Source: Pecten maximus (taxonomy: Eukaryota). Taken from it: a stretch of DNA of 64,000 bases. Made by a program: the position numbers and the translations under genes. This document shows, in pieces, positions 42,361 to 54,900 of the stretch. The DNA is taken from contig NC_047016.1 in NCBI RefSeq assembly GCF_902652985.1, forward strand, positions 52,886,001 to 52,950,000. Direction: 5' to 3'. Every line of letters begins with the position of its first letter. Position 1 is the first letter of the stretch. The notes below the pieces were generated by a model. It searched no databases and was not told where the DNA came from. It worked only from the letters and a program-made list of their open reading frames with translations.

Positions 42361-43479
42361 TTATCAAATTTCTGAATAATTGTATATGCCATCATGTGAC
42401 TATGTTATTGATTATTATTTGGTTATTATTATGAGAGAAGTCGTTTAAAAGTTGTTAAACTATGCTGACGTTGACAATATAGTAAAATCTATCGTTAAAC
42501 AGTATATTTATTAAACAAGATTTCGTAGTAAATCTTAAGATATCAATACAATTATACAAATACAGAAAAATACATGAAATGGTCCAAAGGATTTTTTAAT
42601 CAAAGTCAAATTCACGAATACCTTGAGTAAATGGAGAAAATTCATTCAACTTTAAATTTATTTGCCAAAATTACTATACAGTTTTCAAACATACTTGTAA
42701 CTAGAACTAGTTCGTGATCAATGATCGATGATAACATCTCGAATATTTCACAAAAGAAAACTCTCATCTATTGATTCGTTATGAGAAATTAACCATGATT
42801 CTTATTTTCGCACGCAAGAAAAAACCAAAGTCTTAGTGAAATCAACTCAAAGTCAATAAGGGCAAGGTATGAATGATAATAATAAATGATAATACCCCCC
42901 CCCCCCAAAAAAAAACAACAACAAAAAACAAAAAAACAAACAACAACAAAAAAACAAACAAAACAAAAACAAAAACAGAAACAAAAGACAGAGAATGATA
43001 CCAGGATTTATCGAAATTGTATTTTACCTGTAAATTGTATTGTACCTGTAAAATATTGGGGCAACAATTTGAGTGAGAATCGAGAAATCATGAAGCAGAA
43101 TAGTACCAGACTTTATCGGAATAGTTTGGAAACAATGGGACAATACTTATTGTGATAAGTACATTCGACCCTGATTACTGTCGTCATACTGTATTGAGAG
43201 TTCTAAATGGTTAATTGGTTTTCTGACCCAACTGTGAGTTATATCTAATGCATTGCTTGGGGCTACCTCTGTAGTAAGTAAAGAAGGGATTCTCGACAAA
43301 GGTGTCAAGCTACCTCTCATAAAAGGAAACAGGTTAGTCGATTTCGCTTTTCAATGCATTATTCAACATATATATTTGATGCTTTTATATTTTACATGAT
43401 GATGCATGGGTGTCGCCTGAATGCTCACTTTCTCTGTGGGAGGAAGGAGTGTACCAGAGAACAATAGAACAATAGAACA

Positions 43480-45200
43480 TATAAAACATGTATGTAAATA
43501 TCAACTCCAACTATTGTAGAGCTAGTGAACTAAATGAAACCGATTTTTTCGATGATTTTCAAAACATTGCTGCAACTAGCCAAAACATAAACGAAGATGT
43601 AAATGATTTTTCACAAGAACATTGCATTACATGTAACTACCCAAATGAAATATTTGAAGACTTAAATATAACAGAGGCTAAAATAGATTGTACAACACAG
43701 AATTCAATATAAATAAGGCATATTGTGCCGATGGAATTTTTAATTAATATATGATTGAAATTAAGACGGTTTTGATGCCGTGCTTCGTTATTATATTTCA
43801 TAATGTACTTGCATCCGGGCGCTTTCCGTAAACATGATCAAAAGGTAATATTTTGCCAGTCTTTAGGAAGGGGGATACACATAATTTCAATATTTATATT
43901 TACAGTGATATTGTTTTAGTTAGCGGTTTCGGAAAACTTTTTACGTCAATTATTGATAAATAATTGATGCTCAATTTAGCTTTAGAAAACAAATCTCTCA
44001 AAGATTGACGTTATATTTGGATTGCAGTTCTTAATTAATCTTGGTCTAAAAAATCAGAAACGATCTATATATTATATTATTGTTTTATTAATTATACAAA
44101 GGAATTTTACTTTATCAATCCACAAAACATGTGGTTCAAATCAATTAGAGAAGGAATTGATGGAAAGTTGTAATTCAAGTGCTAATTAGGTCATTGTATA
44201 ACGATGTAAAATATTGTGTTGAGCATACTGGCTCATTATCTGATTATTATAATTGTGATAACGGAATGTTTCTATGGGATTTTCCATCTCCCTTATTGTT
44301 CTCGTTACAAGACATGTTCAATTCTTCAGAAATATGAAAAAAGTGGGATTTAAGAGTCAATACGAAGAAAACAAAAGTTCTAATATTTAGTAAGTTGGTA
44401 TTTTGAGAAACAACGAAAATTGGATAAATAACAGTATTGTTTAGAAATCTGGGACTTTCATCAAGCGGCTGGCGTTGAAACTTTATATGCCACATTCTGT
44501 TAGGAATTTCTCGGTGAACGTAAAAATGTAAAACACTTGTGATGTTATGGTTTATGTAGAGTTTAGATATTGACACGGTTAAGGAAATTAAGCATTTTAA
44601 GAAAATGTAATTGCTGATAATTGTACTTTAAGATCATATTATAAAGTAATTTTAGAAAATGACGATAAACAGGCATTACATATCAACAATGAATTATATA
44701 GAATGTAACATCAACCTATATATAAAGGTGTCAGATTTGTAAAGAGAAGATTGCATTGAACAAATAACATCGTCAACCTTTTAGTGAATATCAGAACATA
44801 TTCTGTGGCCTGTGTATATGAAATATGACTGTGTGAAAAAGAAAGCTTCGATATTAAATCAATTAGTATAATCCAAGTTCCTAGTGAAAAAGCAAATGGA
44901 TTGGACAAAAGTTTAAACAACTTATGATGTCCTTTCCGTAACAATTCACGCAACAGATTTATACTATTCTTGGATTTTAACGAAGCCGGGGATAAAGAAA
45001 GAAAGGGGAAGACTATACACGTAACACCAGCAACAACAGAATGTGTTTTGTAAGATGAAGAACATGTATGTGGTTGATCTGATTTTGTCGACGTAGGTAT
45101 ACTGCTGTTCAAAAACACAAAACCTTCTGCTTTCTGAAGAGCATTGATGACACCCCCACAGCTTTTATAAACAATTGATCAAAAGACAAATCCCAATTCG
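43480..45200 (+). mobile_element. Heavily decayed LINE ORF2 (reverse transcriptase) remnant
   Basis: Fragmentary motifs GNILPVFRKGD (~43843) and VNTKKTKVLIF (~44356), plus a C-terminal R..R.C....EEH zinc-knuckle-like remnant (~45010-45070); many stops and frameshifts. Confidence 0.6.
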
Positions 45201-45904
45201 CTCTCTTATAATAAACAGCGTTAGTAAAGTTAGTACAGTATCTTAAACTATAATTGTTTCAACATGTCTTAAGACACTGTATATAAATTATATGATTTAC
45301 ATTCAACTTATATTGATAAGAAATCCCTCGATCCTTCAATGGTATTTAGCTCGTTCATTCTACTATACTGTAAATATAATCCTATGGATTTTGTTAGTTT
45401 TTGCATCACAGTACATAATGAACATGGCGTCATATTTTTCTGTCAAGTATTTATTCTTCCTTCACTTTAACTGTATTGATAAAGAAATTTAGCATTTTTT
45501 TTGTGGAATTTAGAACATTTAAAATATGTTCACGCAAAAAGCAATATCATGGCTTCATGACATTTAATTCATAACGAAAGAATAATAACTCTTCTCGCAT
45601 CTTCTATCCTAGCAAGTTTTATAATCATCACTATAAGTTTTTTAATGTCAAATAATCTAAACGACATTTTGGATCAACGATTATTCCGGAATGATAAGAA
45701 TTTTTTTTCATGATTTGGTAATCTTCAGCACGATTTGGTTTGGTTATAGCATCCTTGAAACGTTCCCGATTTATTCTTCAAGAGGAAGTGCATCAGATCA
45801 TAGGCATGCTTTCATTTGTGTGAATTTAATCCCTTAACGTAACTATAGTCGGCAATTATTATCTCTAATTTAATTTTAGATACCACGCTGTCAGATTGCT
45901 GAGC

Positions 45905-48900
45905 ATGGTTTTTGGTAGCTTGGTATTGGTTTTCTGTATATGGATGAATTTCGTCCCAGATGTTGTTCGTGGAAACAGCCGGATGTTTGAACTTCTCGGG
46001 AGAGATGTCAAGCAGGGGGATGGCATTGCTACACATGTTGGCTTTCAAGACAACGGACTAAGCCGTAGTGAACAGAACGTAAAGTATTTTAATTTGAAAA
46101 AATTAAACCTACTTTTATATCGAGATTAAGATGTTTTGTCAGCGTTAAAATATTTTGTTGTCTTAATCATAATTCTATACACCTCTATGCAAAATCATCA
46201 TGTTTGGCTATAAATAACTCCTTGTCCTTACTGAAGTCAACTTGTTTTGAGAAAAATGACGTAATGAGGTAAAACTGATATTTCTCATCAGTGTTTATCG
46301 ATGAATGTGACTACTGATAGCAGATTATTCCGGGTTTATTAAAAGAGAAAAGCTGTAATAAATCTCCTGTTATCTTGATTACTAGAAATCTTTAGAGGTC
46401 TCTAATGGAGCTTGTGGATTATGCAGAAACCCATTGGGACAAGGTGGAAAGCAAAACGAAACTTATGAAACAATTTTCCCAGAGATAACTTCAGAAGGCA
46501 ATATCATGTGGACGATCATCGGAATCAAAATACAGATTACATCCGACAGCGACGGTTTCCTCGAGTTCTTTCTTTCTGAAACTGACGTGAAACAAAGAAA
46601 TACTATGAACTGTTTGAAACATTTATTGGTTAATCCGGAGACGGGAGGGACAAGATACCCTGTTACAGCCTCTCAACAGTACATCGCTGTGTCTGCCAAG
46701 CTGCCCGAGAACGTCACGTGTTCCCAGTGTGTCTTACAGTGGAGGTACGCCACAGGTAAGTGTTATCATAGTCACGTCTCCCCCGTGTGTCTTACAGTGG
46801 AGGTACCACACAGGTAAGTGTTGTCAGAGTCACGTGTTCCTAGTGTGTCTTACATTGGAGGTACCACAAAGGTAAGTGCTGTCAGAGTCACGTGTTCCTA
46901 GTGTGTCTTACAGTGGAGGTACCACACAGGTAAGTGCTGTCAGAGTCACGTGTTCCTAGTGTGTCTAAGAGAAGAAGTACTACACAGGTAAGTGTTATCA
47001 TATTCACGTGTCCCCCGTGTGTCTTACAGTGGAGGTACCACACAGGTAAGTGTTATCAGTCACGTGTTCCTAGTGTGTCTTACATTGGATGTACCACACA
47101 GGTAAGTGTTATCATAGTCACGTATCCCCCGTGTGTCTTACAGTGGAGGTACCACACAGGTAAATGTTATCAGTCACGTGCTTCCAGTGTGTCTTACTGT
47201 GGAGGTACCACACAGGTAAGTGCTGTCAGAGTCACGTGTTCCTAGTGTGTCTTACAGTGGAGGTACCACAAAGGTAAGTGCTGTCAGAGTCACGTGTTCC
47301 TAGTGTGTCTTAGAGTGGAGGTACCACACAGGTAAGTGCTGTCAGAGTCACGTGTTCCTAGTGTGTCTTACAGTGGAGGTACCACAAAGGTAAGTGCTGT
47401 CAGAGTCACGTGTTCCTAGTGTGTCTTACAGTGGAGGTACCACAAAGGTAAGTGCTGTCAGAGTCACGTGTTCTTAGTGTGTCTTAGAGTGGAGGTACCA
47501 CACAGATAAGTGTTATCAGTCACGTGCTCCCAGTGTGTTTTACAGAGGAGGTACCACACAGGTAAGTTTTATTAGAGTCACGTGTTCCTCGTGTGTTTTA
47601 CATTGGAGGTACCACACAGGTAATTTTTTTAGAGTCACGTGTTCCTCGTGTGTTTTACATTGGAGGTACCACACAGGTAAGTGCTGTCAGAGTCACGTGT
47701 TCCTAGTGTGTCTTAGAGTGGAGGTACCACACAGGTAAGTGTTATCAGAGTCACGTGTTCCTAGTCTGTCTTACAGTGGAGGTACCACACAGGTAAGTGT
47801 TATCAGTCACGTGTTCCTAGTGTGTCTTAGAGTGGAGGTACCACACAGGTAATTTTTTATAGAGTCACGTGTTCCTCGTGTGTCTTAGAGTGGAGGTACC
47901 ACACAGGTAAGTGCTGTCAGAGTCACGTGTTCCTAGTGTGTCTTAGAGTGGAGGTACCACAAAGGTAAGTGCTGTCAGAGTCACGTGTTCCTAGTGTGTC
48001 TTAGAGTGGAGGTACCACACAGGTAAGTGCTGTCAGAGTCACGTGTTCCTAGTGTGTCTTACAGTGGAGGTACCACACAGGTAAGTGCTGTCAGAGTCAC
48101 GTGTTCCTAGTGTGTCTTACAGTGGAGGTACCACAAAGGTAAGTGCTGTCAGAGTCACGTGTTCCTAGTGTGTCTTAGAGTGGAGGTACCACACAGGTAA
48201 GTGCTGTCAGAGTCACGTGTTCCTAGTGTGTCTTACAGTGGAGGTACCACAAAGGTAAGTGCTGTCAGAGTCACGTGTTCCTAGTGTGTCTTAGAGTGGA
48301 GGTACCACACAGGTAAGTGCTGTCAGAGTCACGTGTTCCTAGTGTGTCTTACAGTGGAGGTACCACAAAGGTAAGTGCTGTCAGAGTCACGTGTTCCTAG
48401 TGTGTCTTACAGTGGAGGTACCACAAAGGTAAGTGCTGTCAGAGTCACGTGTTCCTAGTGTGTCTTACAGTGGAGGTACCACAAAGGTAAGTGCTGTCAG
48501 AGTCACGTGTTCTTAGTGTGTCTTAGAGTGGAGGTACCACACAGATAAGTGTTATCAGTCACGTGCTCCCAGTGTGTTTTACAGAGGAGGTACCACACAG
48601 GTAAGTTTTATTAGAGTCACGTGTTCCTCGTGTGTTTTACATTGGAGGTACCACACAGGTAATTTTTTTAGAGTCACGTGTTCCTCGTGTGTTTTACATT
48701 GGAGGTACCACACAGGTAAGTGCTGTCAGAGTCACGTGTTCCTAGTGTGTCTTAGAGTGGAGGTACCACAAAGGTAAGTGCTGTCAGAGTCACGTGTTCC
48801 TAGTGTGTCTTAGAGTGGAGGTACCACACAGGTAAGTGCTGTCAGAGTCACGTGTTCCTAGTGTGTCTTACAGTGGAGGTACCACAAAGGTAAGTGCTGT

Positions 48901-51900
48901 CAGAGTCACGTGTTCCTAGTGTGTCTTACAGTGGAGGTACCACAAAGGTAAGTGCTGTCAGAGTCACGTGTTCCTAGTGTGTCTTACAGTGGAGGTACCA
49001 CAAAGGTAAGTGCTGTCAGAGTCACGTGTTCCTAGTGTGTCTTAGAGTGGAGGTACCACACAGATAAGTGTTATCAGTCACGTGCTCCCAGTGTGTTTTA
49101 CAGAGGAGGTACCACACAGGTAAGTTTTATTAGAGTCACGTGTTCCTCGTGTGTTTTACAGTGGAGGTACTACACAGGTAAGTTTTATTAGAGTCACGTG
49201 TTCCTCGTGTGTTTAACAGTGGAGGTACCACACAGGTAAGGGAAACCATTTAACTATCATTTTATTGCATTTTTATGCTAAAAACAAACCTAAAAACATA
49301 AAAACATCGCAATTGAATCGTTTTCTGCTGTCATCGAATAATCTGTTCATGGATAGCTAATATCAAGTGAGTATTTTGTCAAAAACCTAGCCTGAATATT
49401 TCAGAAATACAGGAAAAAATATCCATTTTCATTACAATTGGAAATTATCGGCAAGTTTCAATGAGATGAGGCTCGCTCTCATTGGTAAAAAATCATTGTA
49501 AAATCTTATATCCTTACTGCTCATCGCTGCAATCAAAATATAAGTTTATCTTTTTGATAATAAGGGATTGCTTTAATGCCATTTTGATATCACATCCCTG
49601 ATCCGCCCGAGAATCTTGAAAGCAGCCTGAGGGCTGACCTAAAGGCTCAAGGGCGGCTGGTTAGAGGTCCGATTTCAAAAATGGTCATATTATAAAGTTT
49701 TATCCATATTTTTATATTTTTTTTCAAACACAACAAACATGACCTCACATTTTGATCTGTGAAAATCGTCACGTTCAATTGTGTTTTTCTCAACATTTTC
49801 ATATTTTTAACAAACGGTTCTCTGTCATCTGCATCCTCAAATCGATCCAATTAAACACGTCTTCTGCTATACATGTCCATCAGTCATCAGGGTCAACAAT
49901 TCCAGCTTCTAGCTCGCCTAATATCCCCCTCCCTCGATCATCTCTAAAAAAATAGACATCAAAACGCTAGGAACTGTACAAAGGTGTTCCACCATGTTCT
50001 CTTTTAGGTCCCATCCTCTTTAGCATCTTCAAAAATGACATCTTCCACTTTACGCAACACAGCAATCTATACATCTATCCAGATGACAATACTATAGAAA
50101 TTCACACACATCCTGGGACATCGTAAAAAAGCACTACAAACAGAAAGCAACTCACTTATTCACTGGTTCTCAGATAACCACATAAAGGCTAATCCAAGCA
50201 ATGCCAGTAGTTAACAAACCCCAACAATAAAACATCACCATTCAGATTGGTAATAACACTATATAATGTGAACCAGAAGTTAAACTTTTAAAGGTTACAT
50301 TAGATTTCAAGCATAAGTTCTTCACATATTTAGCAAATTATCTGCAAAAAAGTATCAAGACATCGTAACACACAAAAACGCATTGGCAAACACCTAAGCA
50401 GACTTGGCAAACACACGATATCACTCTTTTATCATTTCAAACTTCAATTTTTGTCCATTCACATGGCAGTTCTAAGGAACAACCAACGCAAAAAAAAAAA
50501 AAAAAAAAAATGTAAAAAAAATCAAGAAAGGGCACTCAAATAATAAACAGGAAAATACGCACGAAATTTAACTAGCCCGTTCAAAATTACCATCACTCAG
50601 AATAAGGAGACTCAGGAATTTGGCAATAGAAGTCTACAAAATCAAAACAAATGCCAACATACCTACATGACGTAATCAATATAACAGAAAAAGTATACAC
50701 ATTCAGATATCACAACACTGCAGATATACCACATGTTAGGACAGCAAACTATGACAAACACTCCTTTCAGTCAGAAACACCTAAAATCTAGAATGCACTA
50801 CCAAACCACTTCTGAACAACGACTTCACTCACACAATTCAAATCACTGACAAACAGCTGGTATGGGCCACAATGCAAATACAGCACGTGCAGACAAAACA
50901 CAGACATACCCACACACACAACATCCATTTTTTTGTAAGAGTCTAAAGGAACTTAATGCTTAATCAAATATCCATATTGTCAAGTGATTCTGCTATATCA
51001 AAGATATAACTCAACGAAATATATTTCCAAACAATCATTTTCTGCAAGCATTGATCTTTTTAATCAGGTAAATACATTTGTGTGCTTTTATGCTTTATTT
51101 ATTTTTATTTAATTTATTTTGTATTTGTGCATGTGTTTTACTGTTGCTATCGTTTTTAATAGCTAATTAGAGTTAATGTTTTTTATAATACGTACCGACT
51201 ATAAATAAAGTTTGAATTGATTTGAACCGAATTGAATCACCAGTTGGCATTGCTGTTTATATTTATGCAGACCACAAGTTCAACCCACACTAATAAGAAA
51301 AGTAAAAACGGAAACGGCGTTATTCGGGAACTTACATTACATTTGTGAAGTTTTATTATTTTGCATGTACATTGTTAGTGTTTTCCTGTTATAAAAAACG
51401 GCTTATTCAACTATTTGTTTATTTTTACATTAAAAGCGGTAAAGATAAGCCATAATGGCAAAATCCGGATTTTTACAGGGATGGTGATAACACTTTCGAA
51501 GGGGTTTGGTATCACTTTCAAGGGAGTGTGATAATACCATCAGAGGGTGTGACATTACTATCAGAGGGTGTGATATTACCATCAGAGGGTGTGATATTAC
51601 TATCAGAGGGTGTGATATTACCATCAGAGGGTGAGATATCACCATCAGAGGGTGTGATATTACCATCAGAGGGTGTGATATTACCATCAGAGGGTGTGAT
51701 ATTACCATCAGAGGGTGTGATATTACCATCAGAGGGTGTGATATTACTATCAGAGGGTGTGATATTACCATCAGAGGGTGTGGTATTACCATCAGAGGGT
51801 GTGATATTACTATCAGAGGGTGTGATATTACTATCAGAGGGTGGGATATTACCATCAGAGGGTGTGATATTACCATCAGAGGGTGTGATATTACCATCAG

Positions 51901-54900
51901 AGGGTGTGACATTACTATCAGGTGGTGTGATATTACCATCAGAGGGTGTGATATTACCATCAGAGGGTGTGGTATTACCATCAGAGGGTGTGATATTACC
52001 ATCAGTGGTCGTGATATTACCATCAGAGGGTGTGATATTACCATCAGAGGGTGGGATATCACCATCAGTGGGTGTGATATGACCATTAGAGGGTGTGATA
52101 TTACCATCAGTTGGTGTGATATTACCATTAGAGGGTGTTATATCACCATCAGTGGGTGTGATAATACCATTAGAGGGTGTGATATTACCATCAGTTGGTG
52201 TGATATTACCATTAGAGGGTGTTATATTACCATCAGAGGGTGTGATATGATCATCAGAAGGTGTTATATTACCATCAGTTGGTGTGATATTACCATCAGA
52301 GGGTGTGATATGATCATCAGAGGGTGGGATATTACCATCAGAGTTTGTGATATCACCATCAGGTGGTGTGATATTACCATCAGAGGGTATGATATTACCA
52401 TCAGAAGGTGTGCTATTACCATCAGTTGGTGTGATATTACCATCAGAGGGTGTGATATTACCATCAGAGGGTGTGATATTACCATCAGATGTTGTGATAT
52501 CACCATCAGAGGGTGTGATATTACCATCAGAGGGTGTGATATGATCATCAGAGGGTGGGATATTACCATCAGAGTTTGTGATATCACCATCAGGTGGTGT
52601 GATATTACCATCAGAGGGTATGATATTACCATCAGAAGGTGTGCTATTACCATCAGTTGGTGTGATATTACCATCAGAGGGTGTGATATTACCATCAGAG
52701 GGTGTGATATTACCATCAGAGGGTGTGATATTACCATCAGAGGGTGTGATATTACCATCAGTTGGTGTGATATTACCATCAGAGGGTGTGATATTACCAT
52801 CAGTGGTCGTGATATTACCATCAGAGGGTGTGATATTACCATCAGTGGTCGTGATATTACCATCAGAGGGTGTGATATTACCATCAGAGGGTGTGATATT
52901 ACCATCAGAGGGTGTGATATTACTATCAGAGGGTGTAATATTACCATCAGAGGGTGTGATATTACCATCAGTGGTCGTGATATTACCATCAGAGGGTGTG
53001 ATATTACCATCAGAGGGTGTGATATTACTATCAGAGGGTGTAATATTACCATCAGAGGGTGTGATATTACCATCAGAGGTCGTGATATTACCATTAGAGG
53101 GTGTGATATTACCATCAGAGGGTGTGATATTACCATTAGTGGGTGTGATATTACCATCAGAGGGTGTGATATTACCAGGACTGATGTTAATTTGTGATAA
53201 TTGTAGACATATCGCATATACAAAAAGTGTAGTAAATTTATGATACATTTCTATATTTCACCGGGAAAAATGCAATAATGTTTTATCATATACTGTACGG
53301 GTGTTAATGGCCTTGGTAAGTAAAATATGTTATAGAAATATTAATATCAATAATGCAGAAAGCCTGTGGAATCCGATATCGAGCTTTGTTATATTAGTAA
53401 AATAATATACTCTCGATCTAAGCATTATAACACTAATCCATTTGATATAAGCTTGTTATCCGAAATGTTATAAATGTAAAAAAAAAAAAAAAAAAAAGTT
53501 TGTGAAATATAATTAAAGGAATGAAACGATTGCATCATTTCGTTTTACTGTTGTAGGAAACCAGAAATTTAATTCTGAAGAGATATGTGAAGCATGCGAG
53601 GACCAGACAAAACTCTATGCATGTTCATATGTTGCTAAGACGTCAGGAGACACTGATCTGTCTCCTCTCACTGCCGACACAGCTTTCTCTTCTGATATTA
53701 ACAAACGATCCACTAAAGTATGTGTGTCTATTGTTGACGGAGTTCACGACATCTGGTGCGACCGCAACTGTAATCACAAGCCGCCATATTGCCCGATTAC
53801 TTTGTGTAAATGCACTACAACCTCAACTGCAACATCTATCACCAGCACCATATCTTCATCTACCAGCATCTCAACCAGTCCTTCCTCGACCCGGAGCAGT
53901 GTCACTTCCAGTCCTTCCTCGACCCGGAGCAGTGTCACTACCAGTCCATCCTCGACCCGGAGTAGCATCACTACCAGTCCATCCTCGACCCGGAGTAGCA
54001 TCACTACCAGTCCATCCTCGACCCGGAGTAGCATCACTACCAGTCCATCCTCCAGCTGGAGTAGCATCACTACCAGTCCATCCTCGAGCTGGAGCAGCAT
54101 CACTACTAGTCCTTCCATTGGCTGGATCAGTGTCTCTACCAATCCTTCATATAGAAAAAGTACTACCACCTCTACTACCACTCCATTCAGTAACTCTCTT
54201 TCAATTTCTACAAGGACCAGTCCGTCATCTAGTAGTTCCACGACCAGTTCGTATAGTTCTACTATTTCCGTTTCCAAGACTCCAACTACTTACTCGGCGC
54301 GTGGATGTATATCACTTTACCGCAAACGTTCAGGATTCCTGGTGTGAAGTAAACTGCAATTACGTACCGCCATTTTGTCCAGTTTCACTATGTAAATGTT
54401 TAATTATCCTCTCAACTACTACAACCACTACCATGCCTTCAACCACCACTGCCACTCCTTCTACAACAAGTACCACTCCCTCCACAACAAGTACCACTCC
54501 CTCCACTACAACTACCACTCCCTCCACTACAAGTACCACTCCTTCTACAACAAGTACCACTCCCTCCACTACAAGTACCACTCCCTCCACTACAAGTACC
54601 ACTCCCTCCACTACAACTACCACTCCCTCCACTACAACTACCACTCCTTCTACAACAACTACCACTCCCTCCACTACAAGTACCACTCCCTCCACTACAA
54701 GTACCACTCCCTCCACTACAACTTCCACTCCCACCACTACAACTACCATTCCCTCCACTACAAGTACCACTCCCTCCACTACAAGTACCACTCCCTCCAC
54801 TACAAGTACCACTCCTTCTACAACAACTACCACTCCCTCCACTACAAGTACCACTCCTTCTACAACAACTACCACTCCCTCCACTACAAGTACCACTCCT

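Noticed and set aside
46713-49240. Regular array that might suggest CRISPR or a cassette of alternative coding exons
   Set aside because: No unique spacers and a eukaryotic context; units are frame-disrupting and mostly carry TAG, so they cannot act as interchangeable full exons
51430-53248. ORFs of up to 576 aa (ITPSDGN, MVISHPL, EGVILPS), one with a hydrophobic N-terminus
   Set aside because: A 21-bp minisatellite in LPMO-C intron 2 that is open in several frames on both strands; the apparent signal peptide is likely chance
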